In this document: piece after piece, positions 47,338-64,000 of the stretch
How positions within the stretch are numbered: the stretch's first letter is position 1
Layout of the letters: each line of letters opens with the position of its first letter
DNA from: Blastocystis sp. Blastoise
Lineage: Eukaryota; Protista; Bigyra: Opalinata
Assembly (NCBI GenBank): GCA_039096225.1
Contig: JBBPEB010000033.1
Coordinates: forward strand, 124,001 to 188,000
Length of the DNA stretch: 64,000 bases
Direction of reading: 5' to 3'
The notes under the pieces: generated by a model
What the model was told of the DNA's origin: nothing
The model's database searches: none
The model's input: the letters and a program-made list of their open reading frames with translations, nothing else
Translations under genes and position numbers: made by a program

Positions 47338-48512
47338 TCCATCTCCAATCCAATTGGATGGGCAACCACTTTTACACGTGCCCTTACTAACTATAATATA
47401 ATATAATATAATATAATATAATATAATATAATATAATATAATATAATATAATATAATATAATATAATATAATATAATATAATATAATAGTTTATAATAGT
47501 TTATAATAGTTTATAATAGTTTATAATAGTTTATAATAGTTTATAATAGTTTATAATAGTTTATAATAGTTTATAATAGTTTATAATAGTTTATAATAGT
47601 TTATAATATAATATAATATAATATAATATAATATAATATAATATAATATAATATAATATAATATAATATAATATAATATAATATAATATAATATAATATA
47701 ATATAATATAATATAATATAATATAATATAATATAATATAATATAATATAATATAATATAATATAATATAATATAATATAATATAATATAATATAATATA
47801 ATATAATATAATATAATATAATATAATATAATATAATATAATATAATATAATATAATATAATATAATATAATATAATATAATATAATATAATATAATATA
47901 ATATAATATAATATAATATAATATAATATAATATAATATAATATAATATAATATAATATAATATAATATAATATAATATAATATAATATAATATAATATA
48001 ATATAATAATATATAATATATACCTGGTTTTTCACTACTTGTGCTTCCGTGTCCATAATTATAGGATTCTTTACCTTTCTCACTTGTTGAATCATTCCCC
48101 TGGGAATTCTTGTCTTTACAGTCACCTAAATCAAATAAACATGAGGCAACATTACAGGCACTATCACAATAACCATCTCCTAAATATTCCCAATTGCCTA
48201 TATAGTATAATATATACTATATTCATGTAGATATGATATATTAAAATAAATATAGCAAAATATAAATATACTAACCAATAAATCTCTATAACAATAAAAA
48301 AAATAAACATATATATATACAATAATCTGCACATTTTGGTGTTTCCCAAGATTCGAAGAACTTCTGACCTTTTTGAATGGATAAGAAATCTTGAGGCCAC
48401 GTGACTGACCCCAACATGACGTCATCATTAAAGTATAAGAACCAATCGGATAATCCGGGGATTTGATGAAGATGAGTTTCAATAGCAGGAGAAGAAAAAG
48501 TAGGCAAATGAC

Positions 48513-48561
<49 letters not shown>

Positions 48562-49361
48562 TATTATATATTATATAGTTAATAAAAAAATGTATAAAAA
48601 TATCTAACAACATAATATATAAGTAAATCAATAAACACTATTATATACATATAATATCATAAATAAATCAATAAACACTATTATATATATAACACATACG
48701 TTTTATTAGTGAATATTTCTTCGTGGGTCACGACTTGAATCTTCTTATTATTGATATCTAACCACGAAGGTATTTGACCATTTGTTACTAAATATACCTT
48801 ACGAATCCAAGGAGCATAGGTAAATAATGACCGAAAAGAGTATCTAAAAGTGATATATAAAAACTATCAATCTTTTATATACTTTAATTCATTATTATCT
48901 CGATAACGATTTTGAGAAATAGCCATATCTTCCATTTCTAAAGTTTCATTATCATGTAATTTTTCATGAAGATATTGCTTTTTATATTCGTACATTTGTT
49001 TAAACCATATAGGGTCTGAACCATTTACCCAAGTATAAACAACGTCAATTGCTGGTATGCATAAGTGATAATCAAAAGGTTTTCCTCCTAAATTATTAGA
49101 ATATTCATTAGAACAATAGGATTCTTCATTTTCAACACGTAATTTTAAAGAAGAATTAACAGAATATGTCAATAAAAGAACTGAAAAAGCAAAATATATC
49201 AAGAATCCACATCTAAACATTATATAGTTATATTATATTATAATCGTTAGAGTATACATAAAAATAGAACTGTATTTTGAAGATAGAATTGTTAACAAAC
49301 AACTTTTTGAACGTTTCATTATCCTTTCAGGAAGAGAGCGATTACTTGTATCATCTCCCAT
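42849..49361 (-). CDS. GNPTAB: GlcNAc-1-phosphotransferase alpha/beta precursor (Stealth family), 15 exons
   Basis: N-terminal TM; [12 protein letters not shown]; ELKYSFRS..APWIR; [10 protein letters not shown]; YFNDDV; two LNR repeats (LGDGYCD, IGDGTCD); RRLVDT cleavage-like site; PAHMPH; EF-hand DTNHDG; KFICINDD; C-terminal TM. Confidence 0.93.
47391..48020. repeat. (ATATA)n/(TTATAATAGT)n satellite filling a GNPTAB intron
   Basis: About 630 bp of 5-mer repeat with an internal block of a 10-mer variant at about 47480-47600. Confidence 0.95.
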
Positions 49362-50170
49362 TTATGTACTGTTTCAAATAAAGAAGGATAAAATAAAAAG
49401 AGTATTTAAAGAACACATTTGTTAAAAACATGGAATACTTGAAGAATTCTCTTTTAAAATCAAGATTTTCATGGAAGCATCATTTTTTTTACTTTTTATT
49501 TATTTACTTTAGTTATATAGAGAATCGAATAATTAAATGTTATTTTAAAATAAAAATATTCAAATAATACTGTTTTAAATAAAAATTCTCAAAATAAATA
49601 ATTGATTTTATAGATCAATAGAAGTATTTGTTTAAGCATCATTTTTTAATGGATACAGTGAAGTATGTCAATTAGAACATTGATTGGATTGTTTATTTTA
49701 TCAAAAGAATTATGAAAATACGATAATGAGTGTGTATCAATAAAAAGCACAACAACTACAGAGAATACGAATCTTAAATATCCAGAGTATGTAAGAACAA
49801 ACATATGAGTTAATTTAATTGAAAAAAAAATGTAAGAAGAACAAAAATAAAATGATATATAAGATATGAAAAATGAAAAATGGAAAAAAATAATATACAT
49901 GAATTAATGTTACTATAGAGACTATTTTTATAAGTATTGTTGTTGAATTAATGGATTAAAATAAATAGAAAGAAATCAATAATATTATATGATTATAAAT
50001 ATAGAGGATATATATGAAACATGAAAAAAGATCAAATATATTTATAGAAATGAAAACAAATAAATAATGATATGATAATAATGTATATATAAAATATTTG
50101 TCGAATATTCTTTGAAGTAAAGGCACTAGTGTTATTAGCAGAAGACTCGTCAATGATAACAGATGATATA

Positions 50171-53031
<2,861 letters not shown>

Positions 53032-54026
53032 TCCTTAATTGATACTTTGATGTATATTCCTATGATCAAAAAGAAAATGAAGAGAAAATAAGAAAAATAT
53101 GTTCTTAAAATGGATAACACAAAGGTTAAATACACACTTTCCAAATTGAAACAACTACAAAAAACACTTTATGATTAACGAAAAACCAAGGAAATACTAT
53201 CACAATTTCTTATGCTAACAAAACTGTGTATTTACTGAATAAGATATGCTTTAATTCTTGTTTTATTTATCAAAAGCAATTTGCATAAACATATGGTATC
53301 TTCTGTGAACTAGTTATCCAAAAAAATAGCGCTTGATGAGTAACACGATTTTAAATATATTACTTAATATGTGTTATTTTAAGTTAACTTATAATTAAAA
53401 ATGATAATACATAAATAGAAAAACAATAAAATGCATATATCTGAATTGAAAACAACGAATCCATTTTCTAATAAATATTATAAATTAAATTAAATTCTAT
53501 AAATAAAAATCAAATTACAAATATATTGAATATCTTTTTCCCATAATATAAAGTCTATTCGATAATTTGCTTCTATAAAAACTCTTTGATTTTTAAAAGA
53601 AAGCATGATCATCTATTAGTTAGACAACATAATAATTGATTAGTTATTACCTAACACTAATTGATCTCTATGTTTAAAATAGATTTACAAATTATCAAAT
53701 TATTTTCATTTATATTATGTTTGTAAATATATATAATATATATATATGACTCTAATAACTTTAGAACTATCAATTATATATATATAATAAATTGTATTCA
53801 ATAAAATACAATAATTTTTCTTGTTATGACTATTTTTTTCCATGTTATTAACGAAAAAAGTAATTTATATTCAAGTCGATAATCATAGTTAATATGAAAA
53901 ATACACATATTTTTATGATCTTATATATATATATATATTAAAACATAATAAATAAAAACAAAACACATGTAATATTAGAATAAATATTGTTACATAAAAA
54001 AATGTTTAGATTATATATTAAACACT

Positions 54027-57000
54027 TTAAACTTTAGTAGCCTTAGCTTCCTTCTTAGCAGGAACTTTAGTAGCAGCCTTAGGGACAGCACCTAATTTCT
54101 TATGATTAGATTTCTTACCCTTAGCACCTTTAGCACGATTCATAATACAGAAGACAACAATAGCAACAGCAATGACAACAAAGATAACAACAACAACAAT
54201 AAGAATAATCATACCAGTAGTCATAGGATTGTGATTTGTTACCTTAACGCTAGCAGTATCAACAGAAGCACTTTGAAGAGAAGCAAAAGCAGTACTATCT
54301 TGAACACGTAAATTATTAGCTAAAGAGTTAGAAAGATTATTAACAGTAGAACGTACAGCTTCTACATTAGAAGCAGCAGTATCAACTCGAACAACAACTT
54401 GAGCACCAGCAGCATAGAAATTACCATCAGAAATACTTTCAACAGCAATACCAGTAGCAACAACACCATAAGATTGAACAGCATTGAAGAATACTCTTTG
54501 AATAGCAGCTATTTGTCGACCTTGAATTTGAGCAGCAGACATACCAACAAGTCTTATAGGGAATTTAACAAAAGAACGATCAGCAGAAGGATTATCATTA
54601 GAAGATACAGTAACACAAGTAGAAACATCTTCAGTTCCCCAAATACCACTAGTACCAGAAACAGTACAAACACGAGAACGAATAGCAGTAGTAGAACCAG
54701 AACAAAGAATATAAGCAGTAGTACCAGCTTCAGTTTCAGGCCAAGTACTATCAGCACTACAAACCTTATTGTTAATAGTAAGATAGAAGGTAGCAATACC
54801 TTGTTTGTTAGGGTTAAGAGCAGTTAAAGTGTACATTAATTGACCTTGAGCAGCAGTAGGAGTACCAGAGATAACACCAGCTTGAGCATTAAGAGTAAGA
54901 CCAGTAGGAAGAGCAGGAGTAACAGTCCAAGACTGAACATAGTTAGTAGCAGTAGGAACAATATTTACATTATCACCTTTATAAACAGTATATTGTTGTT
55001 GAGGAATAGTAATAATAGGAGCTTTGTAAGTACAAGCATCATTAACAGCTCCCCAAATTGCATTAGAACCACAAATTCTAGTCATTTGACCTTCTTTCTG
55101 AGTATCAGTACAAGCAAGAGTAGCAGTTTGACCAGCAGCAGTTACAGGCCAAGTACCATCAGCAGCACATTGAGGATTAATAACAGTAATAGAAATAGAA
55201 GTAGTACCACTAGTATTAGGATTAGTAGCAGTAACAAGATAAGAAGAAGTAGCTACAGCAACAACAGGAGTACCAGAAATTTGACCATTAGCAGCATTGA
55301 ATACTAATCCAGAAGGAAGAGTAGGAGTAATAGTCCAAGAAGTAGCATAACCCGTAATAGTAGGAGTAACAGGAGTAATAGCTACATTGATATTAGTACT
55401 AATAGTAGCAGGATTATAAGCAATAACAGGTTGAGCATAAACACAAGAATTAACTTCAGCAGCCCAAGTAGCAGGATCAGTATTAAGACATTGTCTAGTT
55501 CTAGAACCAGTTTGATATTGAGAAGGACAAGCTAAAGTAGCAGTAGCACCACGAGCAGTACTAGGCCATTCGCCATCAGCAGGACAAGTTAAAGTACTAA
55601 CACTAATAGTAAGAGTAACAGTAACAGTATTTGTACCAACAGCAGTAATAGTATAAACTTGAACATTAGAAGCTACAGTAGGAACACCACTAATAACACC
55701 ATTTTGGAATACTAAACCAGAAGGAAGAGTAAGAGGAGAAATAGACCAACTATTAATAGTACCAGTAGTACTAGGAATAATAGAAGCAATACTACCAACA
55801 GATAAAGTATAAGTAGTTTGAGGATAAGTTACAGTAACAGTACCACCAGCAGCTGTACAAGTACTAGTAACAGAACCCCAAGTAGGAGGAGAAGTAGCAA
55901 GACAAGGTCTAGTTTGAGAACCAGTTTGACCAGCAGGACAAGGTAAAGTAGCAATAGAACCAGGAGTAGTAATAGGCCAAGAACCTTCAACATTACAATA
56001 TTGTTGAGTAGAACCATTAACAACAATTTGAATAAGAACAGATTTAGTACCAGCACTATTAGTAGCAGTAATAGTATATTGACCTAAGTTAGCACCCATA
56101 GTAGGAGTACCAGAAATAGTACCAGTAGTAGCATCAAGAGCTAAACCAAAAGGAAGAGTAGGAGTAACAGTATAAGCAAGTTGAACAGCATCAATAGTAG
56201 GAATCATAGGAGTAATAGGAGTACTAACAGAGAATGTATATAAGGATTCAGGATAAGTGAAAGTAGTAGGAGCTGTAGGAGTACAAGCAGTAGCATCTTC
56301 AGCACCAAAAACACCTCCAGTACATAACTTCTTCTTATTACCACTAAGATATTGACCACAAGCCTTATAAGAATAAGCACCTTCAACAGCAGCAGGGAAT
56401 CCATCAGCAGTAGCAGCACAAACAGAAGTAATTCTCTTTATAGAGAATGAGATTTCAGATAATTGAAGATTAGCATTAGTACACCATTGACTATCACCAG
56501 CCATATTAGCATTATTACATGCAGTACTAGTAAATCTATAGATATTATAAGCTTTAGTAGGTAAGAAATCAAAAGTCTTTCCTTGTTTAAAGGCAGTAAA
56601 AACAACATTTTCAGCAATATGAAGAACATCCCAAGTAGAACCATTATCATTAGAACCTTCTAATTTCCAACCAGAAGGATGTCTAGAATTACAATCATTA
56701 GCATTAGTTACAGTATAAGAAGTAATAAATTCTTTTCTAGAATTAGTGTAAGTCCAAGTAGCCCAAATACCAGTACAGCCAGCTTGAGCTAGCCATTTAG
56801 TATCAACAGAACCATCAAATACTTTATCAATATTTTCAGCAGCAGCAGAATTAGGACCATTAGTAGCATAATTACCGTTAATAACTAAATTCTTACCGTC
56901 TTCAATCATAGAACCAGAAGCAGAGAAATAAGTGAATTGTTGAGTAATAGTACCCTTATGAGTTTCAATAGCTAATACATTTTGACCAGCAATAAAAGTA

Positions 57001-60000
57001 ACGCCAGAATATTGAGCATGAATAGTTCCACTAATAGTTTGAACACTAGCATAATCAGCAGTAGCTAAAGTAGTAGAAGTAATAGTACCAGTAGGCATAT
57101 TTATTCTATCAACTTCAACACCATTGACATAGATAACAGCACCAGCCATTAAATCAACAGAATAAGTAAAACCAGCATAAAGAGAAGGATTAGTAACAGT
57201 AAATAAAGTTCTATAATATTGAGTAGTACCTACAGGAGCAGTCATAGTATCAATAGTACCAGTTACCCATCCAGCAGGAGAATAAGAAAGTTGAGTCCAA
57301 GTATTACCAGTAGGAGCAGCAACAACAACACTATTTAAGTAAGTCCAAGAAATAGTATCAGGACCAGAAAGAGCTTGAATTTCAAAAGTAGTAGTCTTAG
57401 GAGATTCATTACCAGCAAGAGTAATCTTGACGATTTCAGTATTATCCTTATATAAAGCACGAAGATAAGCACCACCCCAACCATTATTAGCAGTATCAGT
57501 AACAATAATCTTATAAGAACCAGCAGGTCTACAATAAGAATAATAAGTAGTAGACCAATCAGGGAAAGAGCTTCTCATATCAATTTGTTGAGAAGTAACA
57601 CCATCTTGAAGAATAAAGGCCATTTGAGAACCACTATTACCACCTTTATTATACATTTCAAGTTTAAGAATAGAATTAGGAGCAGTACAACCAGAAACAG
57701 TAATAGAAACAGTAGTTTGAGTAACAACACCTAAAGGAGTTTTAGCAGAAATGACAACAGAAGTAGTAGGAGCATATTGAAGTGGCTTACCATAAATGAA
57801 ACCAGAGTTAGTATCAAGATAAATACCAGAAGGGAAAACACCACTAACAATAGCAAATCCATGATAATTATCAGAAGGAGTCATAGTAGAGATATCAGCA
57901 TCTTTATAAGCTTGAACAGTAGCAGGAGTATAAGTTAAAGGTTGAACAACAATAGAAGTGAAATCAGCAGCTAATAATTGGAATTCAGCAGCATTACAAT
58001 CAGCATTTTCATTATAACCAGTACTCTTGGTAATAATAAGTTTATAATTATTATAAGATTCAGTATGAGCAGTCATATAAAAGCATTGTTTTTGAGATCT
58101 AGCTCTCCACATGACATTAGCTTCAGTATCAAGAAGAGTACAAGTTTCACCATTACAACCTTGAAGAGTCCAATCAGTAGGATCAGCATTAGCACTATCA
58201 TAAGCAGTAATAAGACAATATTTATTAGAATATTCATAACGAGCAGCATTAGAATAAGATAATTTAATAGTAATAGGATCAAAATTAATACCACCAACTA
58301 TTCTATAGAACCAACGAGTATACCATTTACCATCAATAAGAGTAGACACACTTTCAGAAGTACCTCTAGAAGGACCTTCAGCAGTCATACCCCAAGTACG
58401 AGAGTGAATATTAGAAGCACCAACAAGACGAACATTGTAGTTGAAATTAACAGTAATAGGAAGAGTAGCAGCAGCAGGGAAAGCATAAGCTATAGCAATT
58501 ACATTTTGACCAACAATAACTTTAGAGAGATCAATAGTAATAGATCTAGAATTAAGAGTTAAAGTTTCAGTAGTAGGAACAGTAGCAGGAGTGACATCAC
58601 CAGCAGGAAGTCCATAACGATATACTTCTTGACCATTAAGATAAATGACAGTACCTTCAGCAGAAGCTAGACGGAATTCAATAGTATTCATATTAGTCTT
58701 TGATAAGACATTGAAAGTATTTCTAAAATAATGAACACGATATTGAGAAGTAGGTCTAGCAGCAAGAGCAAGACAAGGAGTCCAATTAGCATCAGCAACA
58801 AAAGCAGTAGTATACCAATTAGCAGCAGGAGCAGCAGCAGCTTGAATGTTACACATAGTAGTAGCATCATTATAAGCAATAAGATATTGAAGATTAAGAG
58901 TAGCAGAAGAAGTATAACCAGAAACTAAAGTATCTCTAATAATAGTATAAGTATCAACATTAGTAATAGTATCAATAGTAATTAAAGAAGCAGAATGCCA
59001 ACCAGAAGAATCAGTATCAACAAGTTTAAGAGTGTATATACCAGCAGGAACACATATATTATGAACCATAGTAACACCTTCTAAACTGATACCATCAAGA
59101 ACAGTTTGTCCAGCAGCATTAATAAGTTGATATAATTCAGACCAAGGAGTTTGACCACCAGAAGTTTTAGTGACTTTAAGTTTCATAAATCCAGTACCTT
59201 CGCAAGTAAGAATAGAAATAGTAAGAGTACAAGTAAGAGGTTGATTGGTAATAGCATCAACAGCAGTAATAACAAAAGCACCAGTATAAGCAACAGTAGG
59301 AGTACCATAGATTTCACCTGTAGTAGGATTGAAAGTGAGACCAGCAGGAAGAGTAGCAGGAGAAGTAAGAGCAAAAGTCTTTAAACCAGAAGAATGAGGA
59401 GATAAATAAACAGTATCAACTCCAGCATACCAAGTATAAGAAGCTTGTTCATAAACAAATCCAGTGATAATATCAGTATTACAAGCATAGAATTCAACTT
59501 CAGCAAATTGACAACCAGTTTGAGCAGAATCCTTAAGAGAAGTAACATCAATCTTATACATATTATAAGCTCTAGCATTAGAAGGAATTAAGAACATCTT
59601 GGATTCTTTTCTACCTGTATAAGTAACAGCAGCATTAATATCTAATAAATCCCAAGTAACACCATTATCATTAGAACCAGAAACAGTGAAATCTTGAGGA
59701 TCTCTTCCTGCAGCATCATTAGCAGAAATAATTTCATATTTACTAATCCATTCACGTCTACCATCATCAAATTGATAAGTAAGAGAAACAGGCATAGGAT
59801 TTGCAAACCATTTAGTATCTCTGTTATTATCAAAGGCAGAAGCAGCAGATTCAGTACCTGTCATAGTAGGTACACTAGAAGCAACACCAGAGTGAGTACG
59901 TTTAGAGCAAGAACCATAAATAGGAATAAAGAAACCATCAAAAGAATCAACTCCAGGAACAGTAGTAGCAGCAGGATGAACTTCAACAGCAATAACAGCT

Positions 60001-61071
60001 TGAGTAACTCCAGTAAGATATTTCTTAATAGAATGAGTAATTCTTCTATAAGCATAAGTAGTATCTTCACCAGTAGCAAGAGTATTTGAAGCAACAACTG
60101 TAGCATCAGCAATATTTCTTCTAAATAATTCAATACCATTAATATAGACAACAATACCTTCCTTAGCATTAATACCTAATTCAAAAGTAGCATAATTAGT
60201 TAAATCAGTAGGAAGAACAGCAGTAGTACGATAATATCTAGCAGTTCCAGCTACAGTTACAGGGAAAGTACCATTACTATAAGGAGTCCAAGTAGCATCT
60301 GAAAAAGCAGCAGTAGTCCAAGTATTACCTACTTGAGCAGTAGCAGTATATTTCCAAGAACTACCTTTCTTTACAGAATAAGTAGCTATATATATAAAGG
60401 AGATTTATTATTATTATATTATAGAGTGACAATTGGAATAAGTTGGTATATAATAATAAGAATATTAATATTATTAAAAAAATTAAAAATAATAATAAAA
60501 TAATTATTAAAAGAATATTTAGAAATAATAATAATTAGTATTACATACGAGTAAAAGTCCATTCAGCAATTTCACCTCTATTAAGGTTTTCTCTAAGAAT
60601 AATAACACCGTCAATAATAACAAAAACTTCAGAACCAGCAGACCAACCAGAACCAGCACTAAGTAGATAATATTATAAATTTTATTATAGAAATAATATA
60701 AATATTAAAATAATATAAAAAATAAGATAAAATAAGATAAAATAAGATAAAATAACATTAAAAACAATAAATTTATGTACCCATCAACAGCAACTAAAGT
60801 GTGAATAGAGCTAGCGAAGCAATATTCTTTAGTAACAATCTTATTAGCCATTCCATTACCATCAATGGTTTCTAAAAGAGTACCAGTAGCAGAAGTACCT
60901 TGATAAATAGATAATTTTTCTTCCATAGCATTACCACCATAAACTCTACGAATAGTTACAGCGACTTGGTTTGTTGTGCAGACAATTGCATTTGCTATAT
61001 AAAATGAAAATTTCAAATACAATATACATACCAAGAGCAACTAGACACAATAAAACAAATATCTTGTTCAT
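54027..61071 (-). CDS. Giant (~2240 aa) type I membrane surface protein: F5/8C (discoidin)-like, He_PIG Ig-like and HormR-like Cys repeats, TM, Lys-rich tail; 4 exons
   Basis: Signal peptide MNKIFVLLCLVAL; three SAND..RDP..W...GSNDNG..WD.L-type modules; repeated LPxGLxxxxxxGxIxGTP; C..DG.WP.T..G.TATL.C...G..TR.C....W repeats; TM IILIVVVVIFVVIAVAIVVFC. The frame is open upstream of 59864 to the acceptor near 60386. Confidence 0.92.
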
Positions 61072-62515
61072 TATTAAGAAGCCTAATTCAATAAAAAAAA
61101 TTAAAGAAAAATTGAAGATTTCGGAATGTCATTTGTGTGTGAATTGATGTAGGAAAAAAAGCCGTCGGTATCCTGGTCGAAGACTATTGGCAACTGACTT
61201 TTAAAAACGGTTAGGAATATGGATACATATACTTCATGTAGTCCTTATTATTCTTCCAATTAAAAGGAGAAACTCTTCTTTTAGAATAACAAGAACCAAT
61301 CAATGAATGATATATATTTATAAATTACCATTTTTTTATTATCCAATGAAAAACTCTTATTCATGGTTCCTATGTCCCTTATTTAGGGTAACCACTTTTT
61401 ATTGTAAAATTATGAATGGTTTTCTATAATTGTATTCTTCAGTATTAAAGTTTTATTTCTAAAACAAGCGAGCGATTCATCGCCATTTATAGAAATCCGG
61501 GGATGTTCTTACCGTGGAATATGACGCAGACTTAGGATATCTTTTCATTTTTTAAAAAGATTTTTCCTTGAAGGGACAAAGAAAAAAGATCGGTGGTTAT
61601 AATTTGTTCTTATAGCCATCCAACACTTTATATCTTTTTATTTTATTTTTATAGTATTTTACTTAAAGATATAATTTTTTTTCGTTATTGCCATATATAT
61701 GGAAGAATCTAGAGAATATTATTTTTGCCGTTTTCTATGCAAACAATTCTAATCCTCCATGTAAAAGTCAACGTTCTTTACCAAGTTCAACTAAAACTAT
61801 ATATAGTAAATTTGTATAGTAGATTTTAAACATTAATTCGTATTTGGGATAGTTACATTATTTTAGTAAAGAAATCTCATTTTTAACCAGTTTTTTTATT
61901 TTTTAGTTAAGCTGCAGTAAGTAAGCGAGATAAATTCTGGTTTCTAAATAAATTAGAGGTGACATCAATAAACTGAAATGTTCATTTGATATACATGGAA
62001 ATAGATTTACCCTATATATCTGAACTTTTTTCATCATGCTAAATAATGAGTAATAAATAATATTGATCAAAGATTTGGCATGAGAGTAATTGTGAATTTT
62101 GCTAATGATAATCAAATTTCATGAGGATTGACTAATATATTATAAATTAATTAGGATAGTCATTGAAAATTGATAAATATAAGAGTCACAATAAAAAAAA
62201 TAATTCGCTTTTGAAAAAGAAATTTTTTAAAAAGAGAATTCGTTAGGAGTCTCTTATTATATAATCCACTGATGACTGTATGTTTTAATCATATAGTTAT
62301 AAGTAAGAGTTTAAACTAAGTAAACAATAATTTGTTTTTTTTTATATTACTCCTAATAGTTTTTACGTTATTATTGATCCACTGTGTGTCATGATTATTT
62401 TTTACTTAAGAGTAAGCATTATAGTCTATAAAAATAATTTTAAAAATATTTATAAGAAATTGAATATATTAAATATACATAGAATAATAATTTAAAAAAA
62501 AATATTTAAATAAAA

Positions 62516-63195
62516 ATGAATTTTATAAAGTTATCTAGTGTTGTATCATCTGTTTTAAAAGGAAAAGTTAATCAATCCTTTATTTTGTATTCGAATACAC
62601 TATTGAGGCGTCCTTTTACATCTTCTGAAACAGATGAAGAACATCATATTTCAATTCCTGAAGATAATTTGAATTTTTATTTCGCAAGATCTGGAGGACC
62701 TGGTATATATTCTAAGTTAATAGTTGAATAATAAAATATATTAGGTGGTCAAAATGTGAATAAAGTGAATACCAAAGTAGTTCTTAAATTAAATATAGAA
62801 AATGCATCATGGATTCCGACGTATGATTTTATGGTGAAATTAATATCATTTAAATAGTGATGTGAAAGAACGTTTTATTGTAGATCATGCCAATCGTATT
62901 AATAATGATGGAGAACTTGTTCTAGCATCTTCTCTAACACGATTCCAAGATAATAATCGTGCTGATGTAATTCAAAAACTACAAGAAATGCTTGATTATT
63001 CAGCTACCCCTCCAAAATTAAGAGTTTTAAGAACAGGTATATATTTACTTTTTTTTTTAGGTATTAGAGTATTATATATATATAAACAATATAGAACCAA
63101 CAGTATTTACAAAGGAGAAATGGAAGCGTGAGAAGAAACACAAATCAGAAAAAAAACAGAATCGTAAACGTAGTGGTATTGATGATTTCTTTTAA
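62516..63195 (+). CDS. ICT1: Mitochondrial peptidyl-tRNA hydrolase ICT1/ArfB-like, 4 exons
   Basis: Presequence-like N-terminus; FARSGGPG|GQNVNKVNTKV; NRINNDGELV..S..TR.Q..N; basic C-terminal tail. Confidence 0.95.
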
Positions 63196-63498
63196 AATAG
63201 TAAAAAAAAGATGAATAAAAAAATTAAATATATAAAATAATGAATAAATTCATAATGATAAATGAAACATAGTTTTGTTACCTACAATTATATATATATA
63301 ATTATGAAAGTAGTAGAACAAATACTATATAGTGAAATGTGTCCACTATAACTAGAATAAAAATATACTTAGCATACAGAAAGCAAACTATTATTACATA
63401 TATAAAAACAAAATGAATAAAAAATGAACATGATTCTATAAAAAGAATAGGAATAATTATATATATATAGATATATTTAATGATATGAATAAATAGAG

Positions 63499-63634
63499 TT
63501 ATTCCCATTCATCCCATCCTTCAACAATATTACTTTCCTTTACAGGCTAGATATATTATATATTATATATAATATATTATAAAATAAAGAGATTTACATA
63601 AAAAGTATATAATATAATATATATTATACATTAT

Positions 63635-63682
<48 letters not shown>

Positions 63683-64000
63683 AAATCAAAAAATATATAT
63701 AAATATATATATACTTCTGAAGTAGGATTTTCTTTAGTAATTTCTTCTTCTTTGGTTTCTGTTTGAGGAACATCAAAGTCATCCCATCCTTGTTCTAATA
63801 CTTTCATTTCAGCTATAGATAATAAAAATGTAATTATATAAAAATGAAATAATATCATATTATAAAATGGATTACTATAATTATAGCATACTATATAATA
63901 TATAAATTAAATATATATATACTTTCTTTAAGGTCTTCTGCTTCTTTCTTTTTTGTTTCTAAATCAATATCTACTGGAGACATAAGTTCAGTTCCTTTTT
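63499..64000 (-). CDS. 3' end of a gene whose product ends in acidic Trp motifs (GWDDF...GWDEWE*)
   Basis: Three in-frame GT-AG-joined exons ending at TAA 63499. Such tails occur in coat-binding proteins (ArfGAP1/Gcs1, SCYL), but the family cannot be determined from this fragment. Confidence 0.7.

Noticed and set aside
54102-60169. Many overlapping + strand and alternative-frame ORFs
   Set aside because: They are shadows of the strongly codon-biased giant gene.

Overview
Very AT-rich, intron-dense eukaryotic nuclear DNA. It is most likely a Blastocystis-like stramenopile; this is inferred from the giant discoidin/He_PIG surface protein, the minor introns and a mitochondrial ICT1, and was not checked against a database. 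Manual splicing gives 15 protein genes with about 110 introns, many filled with microsatellites. In order: M3 oligopeptidase (3' end), PX-BAR sorting nexin, EED/LRWD1-like WD40 protein, a disordered protein with a YxxxxLPhi motif, VMA21, RIO2, a divergent PP2A B56-like protein, a tesmin/LIN54 CRC protein, a SHOC1/Zip2-like protein, CDK5RAP3/C53, GNPTAB, a Frizzled-CRD plus GOST-type 7TM protein, a ~2240-aa surface protein, ICT1, and the 3' end of a WxxW-tailed gene. Main points of interest: (1) the gene-free interval 606-9438 is bounded by CACTA-type inverted repeats and carries spliced non-coding-looking units, a 4-kb G-starved tract and a linkerless tRNA-like cloverleaf; (2) unusual splicing, with three AT-AC minor introns, pure G(TA)nG introns and four introns that appear to lack a terminal G; (3) CpG-containing palindromes that recur inside exons. 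All family assignments come from remembered motifs, not searches.
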